DNA of 53,848 bases from Candidatus Geohabitans tengchongensis (lineage in GTDB: Bacteria; Sysuimicrobiota; Sysuimicrobiia; Sysuimicrobiales; Humicultoraceae): assembly GCA_031459625.1 (NCBI GenBank), contig JAVKIH010000016.1:1-53848 (forward strand), read 5' to 3'. Shown here in pieces: positions 27,659 to 37,112 of the stretch. Numbering within the stretch: the first letter of the stretch is position 1; the number at the start of each line of letters is the position of its first letter. The notes beneath the pieces were generated by a model. It was not told the DNA's origin. It was given only the letters and a program-made list of their open reading frames with translations, and searched no databases. A program made the translations under genes and the position numbers.

Positions 27659-30634
27659 ATGGACAGGCGCGGACGGGCCATCCCGCCGGCGCAGCGCGCG
27701 GAGGCGACGAGGCGAGGGGGACCCGCGCGCCCGATGCGCCGCCTGCCCGCGCCGCGGACCTCCTTCATCGGCCGCACCGAGGAGGTCGAGGCGCTGGCCG
27801 CCCTCCTCACCACGCCCGGTGTCCGGCTCGTCACCCTCACCGGAGCGCCGGGGATCGGCAAGACCCGTCTGGCCCTGGAGGTGGCCCGCCAGCTGGCCCC
27901 GCATCTTCCCGGCGGTGTGGCCTTCGTCGACCTGGCGCCGCTCACCGACCCGGCGCAGGTGCTCCCGGCGGTGGCGCAGGCCCTGGGCGTCCGGGACCTC
28001 CCGGGACAGGACCTCCTGGAGACGGTGGCTGCGGCCCTGGGCGAGGGCGAGACGCTGCTGCTCCTGGACAACTTCGAGCAGGTGCTGCCGGCGGGGGCCA
28101 CGGTGGCGCGACTCCTCGACGGCAGCGCCGCGCTCACCGTGCTGGTCACCAGCCGCGCCCCGCTGCACCTGGCCGGGGAGCGCGAGTTCCCGGTGCCGCC
28201 GCTCGGCCTCCCCCGGGCCGGGTCGCCGGCGGAGCGCCTGGCGGCGCCGGCCGCAGCTCTCTTCCTCGACCGCGGGCGGGCTGTGCAGCCGACCTTCGCG
28301 CCCTCGGGGAGGGCCGCCGAGGCGGTGGCCGACCTGTGCCTCCGGCTGGACGGCCTGCCGCTGGCGATCGAGTTGGCCGCGGCGCGCGTGCGACATCTGA
28401 CGCCGACGATGATCCTGCGTCGCCTGGGCTCGCGCCTCGACCTGCTGGTCGGCGGCCGGGACGCCCCGCCCCGCCACGCCACCCTGCGGCACGCCATCGG
28501 GTGGAGCTACGAATTGCTCGCTCCGGACCACCGGGCCCTCTTCCGCCGTCTGGCCGTCTTCGCGGGGGGGTGCGCGCTGGAGGCGATCCAGGCCGTGGCG
28601 CTCGGGGAGGGAGAGGAGTCGGCGCTGCTGGACGACCTCGCTGCGCTCGTCGACAACAGCCTGGTGCAGCAGGAGCCGCTGGAGGACGGCGAGGCGCGGT
28701 TCCGCATGCTGGAGACGGTGCGGGAGTTCGCCCTGGAGCAGCTGCAGGCCACGGGCGAGGCCCACGCCATCGCCCGGCGGCACGCCCGCTACTATGGACG
28801 CGTGGCGGAGGCGGCGGAGCCTGCGCTGACCGGCCCGGAGCAGGCGGTCTGGCTCGAGCGTCTGGAGCGGGAGCACGACAACCTCCGGGCGGCGCTGGCC
28901 CACCTCCTGGCCACGGGGGACGGTGAGGCCGGGCTGAGCCTCGCGGCCGCGCTCGGGCGTTTCTGGGAGCGCCATGGGTACGCCCGCGAGGGGCTGGAGT
29001 GGCTGCAGCGCTTCATCGACGCGGCTCCCGCTGCCCCGCCGGCCCTGCGGGCAAAAGCCCTCAACGCGGCAGGGAACCTGAGCCGCAGTCGTGGAGACTA
29101 CCCGGCGGCGCTCGCCTGCTACGAGCGCGCCCTGGCGCTGCGCCGGGAGGTGGGGGACGAGCGCGGCGTGGCCATGGCCCTCAACAACCTGGGGGTCGTC
29201 GCCAAGGACCAGGGTGACTACGCTCGCGCCCGCGCCTACCTGGAGGAGAGCCTGGCGGTGAAGCGCCGGCTGGGGGAGGAGCGCGGTATTGCCGTCACCC
29301 TCAACAACCTGGGGCTCGTGGCGAAGTCCCAGGGGGACGCGGCCGGCGCCGAGGCCTTCTTCGCCGAGAGCCTGGACCACTTCCGCGACCTGGGGGACGT
29401 CTGGGGGCAGGCGCTCACCCTCAACAACATGGGGGCGTTGGCCGCATCGGTGGGCGACTACGAGCGCGCGCTGGCGCTCCACAAGACCAGCCTGGCCAGT
29501 CGGCGGGCGATGCAGGAGAAGTGGGGGGTGGCCGAGTCCCTGGAGGGGCTGGCCCGTGCGGCCGCGGGCCTGGCGCAGCCCGCTGCCGCTGTGCGCCTGC
29601 TGGCCGCCGCCCACCGCGTGCGGCAGGCCACCGGCTTCCCGCTGCCGCCGGACGAGCAACCGGGGCTCGCGCAGACGACCGAGGCGCTGCGCGGCACCCT
29701 GGGTGAGCCAGGCTACCACGAGGCGTGGGCCATCGGCGAGGGCTGGACCTACGAGCAGGCGCTCGACGTCGCGCTGGCCCTCTTGCCGGAGGCGGGGGCC
29801 CGGCCCGAGGCGGCGTCGCAGGGTGCGGTGCGGGTGTACCTCTTCGGTCGGTTTCGCCTGGTGGTGGGCGAAGAGGGGGTGTCGGAGAGCGTCTGGGGAC
29901 GGCCGCAGGCGCTGGCGCTCTTCCAGTACCTGATGCTGCACCGCCACCGCTACGTCTCCGCAGAGGAGCTGGTCGAGACCTTCTGGCCGAAGGCTCCGTC
30001 GGTGGAGTCCACCGCCCTGTACACCACGCTCTCGCGGGTGCGCCGGGCCTTGCGGGTGACCGGGGCAGCCCCCCGGATCGCCCTGGTGCGGGAGCACGCA
30101 GGCTACCGCCTGCGCCTCGACCCGACGGTCTGGGTCGACGTCGACGCCTTTGCCCGGCACCTGACCGCGTCCCTCTGGCGCAGGGAGGGTGGAGAGGGCG
30201 ACGGCGCCGTGACAGTTGCAGCCTTGCGGGAGGCGCTGGCGCTGTACGAGGACGACCTGCTGACGACCGTCCCGGATCCCTGGTGCGTAGAGGAGCGCGA
30301 GGCGCTGCGCCGCCGCTACGTCGAGGGCGCGCTGCGGCTGGGCGGCCTGCTGGAGGAGCAGGGCGAGGCGGAAGCCGCCCTCGAGGTCTACGCCGGGGTC
30401 GCCGGGCGTGAGCCCCTGTTGGAGGCGGCCCACCGCGGTGCGATGCGCTGCTACGCCCGCCTGGGACGGCGGGATCTGGCGCTGCGGCAGTATCGGACCT
30501 GCGTGGAGGCGCTCGCCCGCGACCTGGGCGTGGCCCCCGAGCCCGAGACGGAGGACCTCTACCGGTCGATCGCCGGCGAGGCGCCGGTCAGTCCAGACCG
30601 ACGTCCCGACCGTCTCAGTGCGGCCAGCCCCTGA
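27659..30634 (+). CDS. STAND ATPase-TPR regulator with C-terminal wHTH-BTAD (SARP-type) output
   Basis: Walker A GAPGIGKT, Walker B LLLLDNFE, GLPLAIELAA, ALNNLG TPRs, then VYLFGRF...LSRVRRAL...GYRL (wHTH) and EAAHRGAMRCY...ALRQY...LGVAPEPET (BTAD). Start codon uncertain. Confidence 0.9.
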   Translation: MDRRGRAIPPAQRAEATRRGGPARPMRRLPAPRTSFIGRTEEVEALAALLTTPGVRLVTLTGAPGIGKTRLALEVARQLAPHLPGGVAFVDLAPLTDPAQVLPAVAQALGVRDLPGQDLLETVAAALGEGETLLLLDNFEQVLPAGATVARLLDGSAALTVLVTSRAPLHLAGEREFPVPPLGLPRAGSPAERLAAPAAALFLDRGRAVQPTFAPSGRAAEAVADLCLRLDGLPLAIELAAARVRHLTPTMILRRLGSRLDLLVGGRDAPPRHATLRHAIGWSYELLAPDHRALFRRLAVFAGGCALEAIQAVALGEGEESALLDDLAALVDNSLVQQEPLEDGEARFRMLETVREFALEQLQATGEAHAIARRHARYYGRVAEAAEPALTGPEQAVWLERLEREHDNLRAALAHLLATGDGEAGLSLAAALGRFWERHGYAREGLEWLQRFIDAAPAAPPALRAKALNAAGNLSRSRGDYPAALACYERALALRREVGDERGVAMALNNLGVVAKDQGDYARARAYLEESLAVKRRLGEERGIAVTLNNLGLVAKSQGDAAGAEAFFAESLDHFRDLGDVWGQALTLNNMGALAASVGDYERALALHKTSLASRRAMQEKWGVAESLEGLARAAAGLAQPAAAVRLLAAAHRVRQATGFPLPPDEQPGLAQTTEALRGTLGEPGYHEAWAIGEGWTYEQALDVALALLPEAGARPEAASQGAVRVYLFGRFRLVVGEEGVSESVWGRPQALALFQYLMLHRHRYVSAEELVETFWPKAPSVESTALYTTLSRVRRALRVTGAAPRIALVREHAGYRLRLDPTVWVDVDAFARHLTASLWRREGGEGDGAVTVAALREALALYEDDLLTTVPDPWCVEEREALRRRYVEGALRLGGLLEEQGEAEAALEVYAGVAGREPLLEAAHRGAMRCYARLGRRDLALRQYRTCVEALARDLGVAPEPETEDLYRSIAGEAPVSPDRRPDRLSAASP

Positions 30635-30664
30635 CGGTCCGCGTCCCTGCCGCGACCTGTGGGG

Positions 30665-31561
30665 TCACGCCCCGCTCGATCCGGTGCCCTGCCCCGGCGG
30701 CGCGGGCTCGGGTGCCGAAGGGACAGGGGTCGGAGCAGCCGGCCGCGCGCTGAGCTGCCGGCTGCGGAAGGGTGACTGCGCCAGCGCGCGCCGCAGCAGC
30801 AGGACGTAGAGGCCGATGCCGACGAGCCAGACGAGCACGGTGAGGCCGAAGGCGGGGGAGAGGAACCCGGTGGGGGCCTCGAGCTTCTGGGCCAGGCTGG
30901 GGGGGAAGTTGAAGGCGGCGTGGAGCAAGGCGGCGAGCAGCAGCCCGGCGAGCACCCACCGTCCATTGCGCCGGCCGACGACGGCCTGACCGAGGAAGTA
31001 CCCGACGATCCCCGACATGGCCACGTGCCCGGTGGCGCTGAGCAGCGAGCGCAGCGGAGCGACGATGCCGAAGGCCTGCAGGGCCGCAACGGGGGCCGCC
31101 TCCGTGGCGGCCACCCCCGCCTCGGCGGCCCCGGCGAGGATCCCGGTGTAGGTGCCGAAGATGTAGAGGAAGTTCTCCGCGGCCGCGAAGCCCAGCGCCG
31201 CGGTGGTCATGTAGATCATGCCGTCGACCGGCTCGTTGAAGTTCGGATCGGTGCGGGTGCTGTTGGCCGTGACCAGGTACTTCATGACCTCTTCGTTGAG
31301 CGCCTTGACGAAGACGAAACCGAAGAGCAGGGCGATGGCCGCCGGGATGGCGCCCGCCTGGCCCACGGCGTCGACGTACCGTTCCAGCCGCGCGAGGAAG
31401 AGCGCCAGGCCCAGCGCCCAGGGCGCGGAGAAGACGCCCCAGACGAAGAGCTTGCCGATCAGGCGTCGGGGCTCGCGCTCATACCGGTCCCGGGTCCAGA
31501 AGAACCACAGCCAGGCGACGGCCGGGATGAACGCGGCCAGGATGGCGGCGATCTGTGCCAT
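30665..31561 (-). CDS. PrsW-family intramembrane protease
   Basis: DRYEREP, EEVMK, DGMIY...GFAAAEN, GH, LHAAFN. Confidence 0.9.
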   Translation of the reverse strand: MAQIAAILAAFIPAVAWLWFFWTRDRYEREPRRLIGKLFVWGVFSAPWALGLALFLARLERYVDAVGQAGAIPAAIALLFGFVFVKALNEEVMKYLVTANSTRTDPNFNEPVDGMIYMTTAALGFAAAENFLYIFGTYTGILAGAAEAGVAATEAAPVAALQAFGIVAPLRSLLSATGHVAMSGIVGYFLGQAVVGRRNGRWVLAGLLLAALLHAAFNFPPSLAQKLEAPTGFLSPAFGLTVLVWLVGIGLYVLLLRRALAQSPFRSRQLSARPAAPTPVPSAPEPAPPGQGTGSSGA

Positions 31562-31601
31562 GTAGGCCTCCCTCCTCCGCCTTGCGTCAACTCGTTTCGC
31601 C

Positions 31602-32456
31602 TCACGCCAACCCCGTCTTGCTGCGCTGCCGGTCCATGATGGCCTTGCCGATCTTGAGCGGGATGGCGCCCCCGGGCACGACGAGGTTCACCGTCTCGGC
31701 GCCCAGGTCGAAGAGCACCTCGCGGTTGAAGATGCGCCGCACCTGCTGCTGGAAGGCCCCGGTGCCGACGGTGGCCTCGCCGGTGACGCCGTCCAGCTCG
31801 ACCACGCCCCGCTTGCCGCGGGCCTGCCAGACGTACTCGAAGGCGAAGACCGGCCGGTAGAGCAGGTGCAGGAACTCGACCTGGATCCCCTCCTCGAAGA
31901 CCTGATCCGCCTCGTACGGGGTCAGCAGCCGCTGCACCAGCCGCTGCACGACCTGGGAGGCCTTGACCTCGGGCGGGACGACGACGGCGTCCGCCGGCGC
32001 CAGGGCCGCCAGGTCCTCCACCTCCTCGCGCGCCGCGGTGAGCAGCTGCGGCGCCTGCAGCTCCGCTCCGCTGCGGGCATCCACGAGCTGCTCCACCCGT
32101 ACGTCGTCCGTGCAGTGCTCGACCCCACGCACGATGAAGTGCCGCGGGGGCCCGTCGGCCACCGGGTAGTCGGTGCCGGCCACGGTGACGGCGCGCACCG
32201 TGGCGTCGCCCACCGGCACGCGGTACTCGCGTCCGCGCTCGAAGACGAGGCGCTTGCGCGCCGCCAGGTGCCACACCGGCTCGTAGCGCTTCTCGATGGC
32301 CGCCACGGTGATCTCGTCGCCCTTCGGACGGTGCAGCAGCCGGGAGAGGGAGCCGAAGGCCACCATCTTGTGGTCCCAGGCCCGCTCGCGCGCCTGCTCG
32401 GGGGTGAGCCGGGCGGCGACGAGGAAGACCTTCTGCTCGCTGACCGTGATCTCCAT
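31602..32456 (-). CDS. Hypothetical cytoplasmic protein
   Basis: Clean 284-aa ORF with host-like codon usage, within the operon. Confidence 0.8.
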   Translation of the reverse strand: MEITVSEQKVFLVAARLTPEQARERAWDHKMVAFGSLSRLLHRPKGDEITVAAIEKRYEPVWHLAARKRLVFERGREYRVPVGDATVRAVTVAGTDYPVADGPPRHFIVRGVEHCTDDVRVEQLVDARSGAELQAPQLLTAAREEVEDLAALAPADAVVVPPEVKASQVVQRLVQRLLTPYEADQVFEEGIQVEFLHLLYRPVFAFEYVWQARGKRGVVELDGVTGEATVGTGAFQQQVRRIFNREVLFDLGAETVNLVVPGGAIPLKIGKAIMDRQRSKTGLA

Positions 32457-32480
32457 GCGCCGGGCGGCCGGTGCTGCGGG

Positions 32481-32774
32481 CTACTTCAGGATCACCGCGA
32501 CGACGAGCAGGGCCATGGCCACGATGGTGGCCCCCTGGACCACCGCCACCGCCATGTTGCCGTTGCGCAGCTCCGCCATCTCGTCGATGCCCGGGGTGAC
32601 CCGGTTGAAGACGCGCATGGCGATGGGGGCCATGATGGCGAAGGCCACGCCGGCGACGACCACCCAGAAGAGCAGGAAGAGGGCGTTCAGCAGGATCTGA
32701 CCGTAGTCGGGCCCGGCGCCCACGGGGAAGCCAAACGGCGGAGCCTGCTGGGCGAGGCGGATGAGGAGCAGCAT
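32481..32774 (-). CDS. DUF350-family membrane protein
   Basis: AAAGGAGG RBS; FNRVTPGIDEMAELRNGNMAVAVV. Confidence 0.8.
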   Translation of the reverse strand: MLLLIRLAQQAPPFGFPVGAGPDYGQILLNALFLLFWVVVAGVAFAIMAPIAMRVFNRVTPGIDEMAELRNGNMAVAVVQGATIVAMALLVVAVILK

Positions 32775-32902
32775 CTCAGCGTTCCCTCCTTTGAGCCGCC
32801 CGGTCCCCTCGGGGGGAGGCGGTGGTGGTGCATGGTCATGACAACGACAGATCTTCGGTGTCGACACGGCCCGGGGGGCGCGTGCCCTCAGGCGTGTCGG
32901 CG

Positions 32903-33469
32903 TCAATCCGCGAAGTGCTTGTTCACGAAGTCCTTGCGGTCGGCCCAGCGGCGGTTCTCGATGTCCCAGACGGAGAAGCTCATGGTCTTGATCAGCCGCT
33001 CGGCGGCCGCCTTCTTCTGGTCATCGTTCCTGGCCGCGTTCCAGGCCTGCAGGAAGTCGGCCCACTCCTGCTTGGTGACGGCGAAGTTCAGGATGTACCT
33101 GGTCCAGACCTGGGCAGCGATGAGCACCGTGGCCGCAGGCTCCTGGGTGAGCACCGAGTGCATGACGTCCCAGGTGTTGGCCGCCTGGTTCATGGCGTCC
33201 GCAGTCGTGGGGGCCCCGTAGAGGGCGGCGGTCACGGCGCCCCAGATGGCGGGATCCCGGCCCTGGGCGCGCCTGATGACGACGTCGTAGACCTTCATGC
33301 CGCGCCGCTCCAGGCCGGCTTTGATCTGCCTGGCCTGCGGGTCGGTCGGTTCCTTGCTCTGGATGGTGACCTGCGCGTGCACCAGCGCGGGCAGGGCGGC
33401 CACGAGCAGGCCCACCACGAGCAGGGCCACCACCCCGACCAGGCCGAGCCGGCTCCGTCCCGGTGTCAC
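32903..33469 (-). CDS. Secreted hypothetical protein
   Basis: GGAGGT RBS, GTG start, signal peptide ending VHA-Q. Confidence 0.8.
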   Translation of the reverse strand: MTPGRSRLGLVGVVALLVVGLLVAALPALVHAQVTIQSKEPTDPQARQIKAGLERRGMKVYDVVIRRAQGRDPAIWGAVTAALYGAPTTADAMNQAANTWDVMHSVLTQEPAATVLIAAQVWTRYILNFAVTKQEWADFLQAWNAARNDDQKKAAAERLIKTMSFSVWDIENRRWADRKDFVNKHFAD

Positions 33470-33528
33470 AGGCCCACCTCCCCGGCCGGCGGGCGGCCCG
33501 GACACCGCCGCTGGCCTCGTGTGGAGCG

Positions 33529-33563
33529 ACTCTAGCAGGCAGACCTGAACAAAACCTGGACGG
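33529..33563 (-). promoter_or_regulatory. Promoter with heptamer direct-repeat box (copy 1)
   Basis: CCG-TCCAGGT-TTTG-TTCAGGT-CTGCCTGC-TAGAGT; near-identical copy at 42496-42530. Confidence 0.8.
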
Positions 33564-33587
33564 CCCTCGGTCGTCGGGCATCGACCA

Positions 33588-33897
33588 TCAGGTCTCAGCC
33601 CGCACCCGGGCGATCTCGGCCTCCTTCGCGGCAATCTGGCCGGCGAGCGCGTCGGCCTGGCGGCAGAGGGTCTCCACCTCCGGCGGGAAGGCCGTGCCGG
33701 CCTCGTGCAGGTCGTAGACCCTGGCGCCGATGGCCTCCAGGGCGTCCTCCATCCGGGCGTTGAGCGTGTGGATCTCCACTTTGAGCCTGGCCACCGCCGC
33801 CGCGTCCCCGGCGCCCTCCGCCGCCCGTCCCTGCCGCCTCCTTGACCTCCTCGGCGGCGCGCTGCGCGGTCTGCTTCACCTTCTCCAGCCAGCCCAT
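33588..33897 (-). CDS. Small coiled-coil protein, frameshifted at 33829-33831
   Basis: Removing one G gives MGWLEKVKQTAQRAAEEVKEAAGRAAEGAGDAAAVARLKVEIHTLNARMEDALEAIGARVYDLHEAG... Confidence 0.7.
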
Positions 33898-33966
33898 CCC
33901 CGTTCCCTCCTCCCGCTGCTCGTGGCGTTTCGTGCCTGGATCAGCCCCGCGGCGACGCGGCGGCCG

Positions 33967-36178
33967 TCAAGGGGGGCCAAGGAGCGTCGTCTCCCGGTAG
34001 ATCAACCGCTGGCGGGGGTCGGCCGAGATTCGCTGGACGATCGACGAGACCGACCGCGTCCCCTGACGCAGGCCCGCGGTGAAGCTGTGGGTCACCGCCT
34101 CACCCGTCTCGAAGGACTGCTGGCGAATCAGCACGCTCACGTGCGGGTTGGGGCCGCGCAGGTCCTTGGTCACGATGACGCGGGTCTGGTAACGGGCCGC
34201 CCCCTTCGTCCCCTGCTGCTCCGTACCGGTCTGGTGGAGCCCCTCGTCCGTGACGCCCGTGGTGAGCCCGCTGGCCGGCTCCACCCGCCACCAGGCCAGG
34301 CGCGGCCGTCCCGCCACGGTCAGCGGCCGCACGGGAGCGACGACCAGGAAGCCCCGGCGAAGGTCGTCACGCACCCGCTCCCGCGCGTCGGCGGGCACCT
34401 CCCCGCTCAGCGCCCGCGCCTCCGGGTCGACACGGACGATCGGCGCCTGTTCGCGACGGGCCTGGTCGAGGAGGGTGCTGGTGCTCACCCATGGCCCCGC
34501 GCCCCCGGTGAGCGTCTCCATGACGACCCGCTCGAGGGTGCCTTCGACCACCCCGCGGAAGACCTGCGCCGCCAGGGCCTGTCCGGTGGCCCCTTCCGTG
34601 CCCACGAGCCGACGGGCGTGGCGGCGCAGGTCGATGGCCACCCGGGCCACGCCGTCCCAGCCGCTCACCTCGGCGATGACGAGGCGCGGGGACGCCGGGT
34701 AGAAGGCCAGCCCCGCGCCCCGCCCGTGCAGGCGGTCGACCAGGGCGTCCGCGGCCGCCACCTGCCAGAGGCTGATGCGGTGCAGCACGGCGCGCAGGTC
34801 TACCGCGTCCTCCGGCAGTGTGGGCGGGTCCGCCGCGACCTCGCGCAGGTGCCCCGGTGCCAGGCGTCCCGTGGTCACGAAGGTCGAGTAGACGTTCCCG
34901 GTCAGGTCGGCGCCCCGGCGGCCGGCCGCCAGGGCCTGCAGGTCCTCCGGGGAGAGCGTGCCGCCCGCGGCGCGGCGCGCGGGACCGAGCGCGTCCCACA
35001 GCTCGCGCACGACCGTCTCCCGCTCTCCGTCGGGGCCGGCCACCTCGAAGACGAGCCACTCGGCGGTGACCACCGACGCGGTCCGGCGCAGCCCTTCGCC
35101 GCTGAGCAGGGAACGGACGCGCCCGCCCCCGTCGGGCTGCCAGCGGAAGCTCTCGCCCACCAGGATCTCACCGCCCACGATGAGGACAGGCTTCACCCCG
35201 CCTTCGGGTCCGAGCGGCAGTGGAGCGGCGCCGCCCCCTTCGGGAGTCCACGCCTTTGGCATGTGGAGGAGGACCAGGTCCGCCGCGGAGAGGTCGGCGG
35301 CCCGGGCGGTGAACCGCAGCAGGTCGCGCGTCACCGCCGGGCCCTCACCGCGCTCCTCGACGCGCACGACGACCGTGAGCGTGTGGAAGAGGGTGTCCGG
35401 CAGGGCGGTCAGGGTCTCCTCCACCCGTGTCCAGGCGCGACCGGGGACCGCGTCCGCAAACGAGGGGTCGAGGTCGATCCAGCGGCCGTCCCGCTCCACC
35501 TGGACCCAGTAGTGGGGACGGGCCTCCGCGATCAGGCTCTCCACCGTCGGCAGGACCGTCGTCGCCGCCCTTGAGGTGCTCCCGGAGCAGGGCGAAGTCC
35601 CGCCGCGCGGCCGCATCCAGGAGCGCGAACGTCCCATCCGCCGCGGGTCCGGCCGGCGTGGCCGCCGGCGTCGTCGCCGAGGGGGGGTCCGGGCGCGGGG
35701 CCCAGGCGGACGTGACCAGGGCGCGCGCCCGGGCCTCGTCGAGCGTGCCGCGGACGAAGCGCACCCGTCGTCCCCCGGCTTGGAGCATCGCTGCCAGCAG
35801 CAGGGCCCGGTCCGGGCTGTTGCCGGCCATGGCCAGGAGCGTGCCCCGCGCCCCGCGCAGCACGCCGGGGTAGGGCTCGTACGCCACCGCGTCGCGCAGG
35901 AAGGCGAACAGGCGGTCGGAATCGTGGTTGAGCGCCGCGGCGACCGCCTGCGGGTCGATGTGGGTCAGCCAGGGGGTACGCGGCCCGGAGAGGTCGACGG
36001 TGACCGAAGCCGGTGAGAGGCCCGGGCCTCGGGCCCCTTCTTGCTCGGGACCGCGCCCAGGGTCGCGCCCTCCCCCGGCGCAGGCCGCGAGGGTCAGGAC
36101 GGCCAGCGTCGCCAGGAGCCGGGAGGCGGGGCGGGTCGTCGCCCGGGTGGACCGTGGGGCGTGGTCGCTCCTCCTCAC
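33967..36178 (-). CDS. Transglutaminase-like lipoprotein, frameshifted at 35568-35570
   Basis: Lipobox LAAC and YEPYPGVLRGARGTL...GNSPDRALLLAAML in one frame; HYWVQ and WIDLDP in the next. Removing one G joins them. Confidence 0.72.
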
Positions 36179-37077
36179 GGGGTGACCTCGAACGTCCCCT
36201 CGCCGGCCGGGTGGCCATTCAGTTTCAGCTCGAAACGGAAGCGGCCCGGCGGAGCCCCCTGCCTCCACCCCACCCAGAACCACAGGTTGCCGCTGGGTCC
36301 TCCCGTTCCGACAGCCTCGCGGACCGTGGCGCTGCGCCTGGTGAGCTCCTGGCCGTCCTTGAACCAGATGCCCTCCAGCCGGTCGTCCGGGCGCAGCCCG
36401 CGGAAGGGGAAGAAGGCGTAGATGCGGCGGGTCCCTTCGGGGAAGCGTGTGGCGGCGCCCACCGGCCGGCCCTGTTCCACGGCCGTGGCGAAGGTGATGG
36501 GGCCGAGGGTGGCTTCGCCGGGGGCCGAGGTGGCGCCCGGAGCGGGTGCGCCCGTCGCCTCCGGCGCAGGCGATTCGGGTGCGGGAGCGGGCGGTGGCGG
36601 TGCGGCGGCTGGCGGGGGTGGTGCGCCGCCCTCCGCCTCGATCTGGAAGGCCGCGGTGTGGGCGAGGCGCTCGGCGATGTAGAGGTCGACGCGGTATGCG
36701 CCCGGCGGCCACCCGCGCGTGGGACGGGAGAGGGAGAAGATGCCGCGCGTCGTCTGCGCGCCGGTGGTCAGCGTGGCTTCGTCGATGGTGTCGTCGGCGG
36801 GCGCCGCTGCGGTCTTCACGGCGACCCACACCGAGCGGATGGCCACACCCGGCGGGACGTCGGCCAGCGTGAAGACGGCGTAGATCTTGGGCGTGTCGGG
36901 CGTGAAGGTGGTCCTGGGGGATGGGTTGTCCGGGTCGTCCGTGAGCACCACGCTCGTGAAGCGGGGCTGGCCCGGTGTGGCCTGTCCCTGCGGAACGCCC
37001 CCGCCGTCCCCGCGACAGGCCACCAGCGCCCCCATCGTGAGCCCCAGGATCAGTGCTCGTCCAATCGCGCGCCGCAT
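36175..37077 (-). CDS. Lipoprotein with two Ig-like beta-sandwich domains and a Pro/Ala linker
   Basis: Lipobox LVAC; two repeats of F-x3-T-x2-IYAxF...W...PG-x-(Y/F)R-x-(D/E)L. Confidence 0.8.
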   Translation of the reverse strand: MRRAIGRALILGLTMGALVACRGDGGGVPQGQATPGQPRFTSVVLTDDPDNPSPRTTFTPDTPKIYAVFTLADVPPGVAIRSVWVAVKTAAAPADDTIDEATLTTGAQTTRGIFSLSRPTRGWPPGAYRVDLYIAERLAHTAAFQIEAEGGAPPPPAAAPPPPAPAPESPAPEATGAPAPGATSAPGEATLGPITFATAVEQGRPVGAATRFPEGTRRIYAFFPFRGLRPDDRLEGIWFKDGQELTRRSATVREAVGTGGPSGNLWFWVGWRQGAPPGRFRFELKLNGHPAGEGTFEVTP

Positions 37078-37112
37078 GGGCTTCCTCCTCTTGGCACCAC
37101 CGTGCCTTGCGC

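Noticed and set aside
27659..30634. Antiviral STAND (Avs-like) defence protein
   Set aside because: The output domain is a wHTH-BTAD transcriptional activator, not a nuclease or other effector.
33829..35570. Programmed ribosomal frameshifting or phase variation
   Set aside because: The runs are only 3 nt with no slippery heptamer, so sequence error is more parsimonious.
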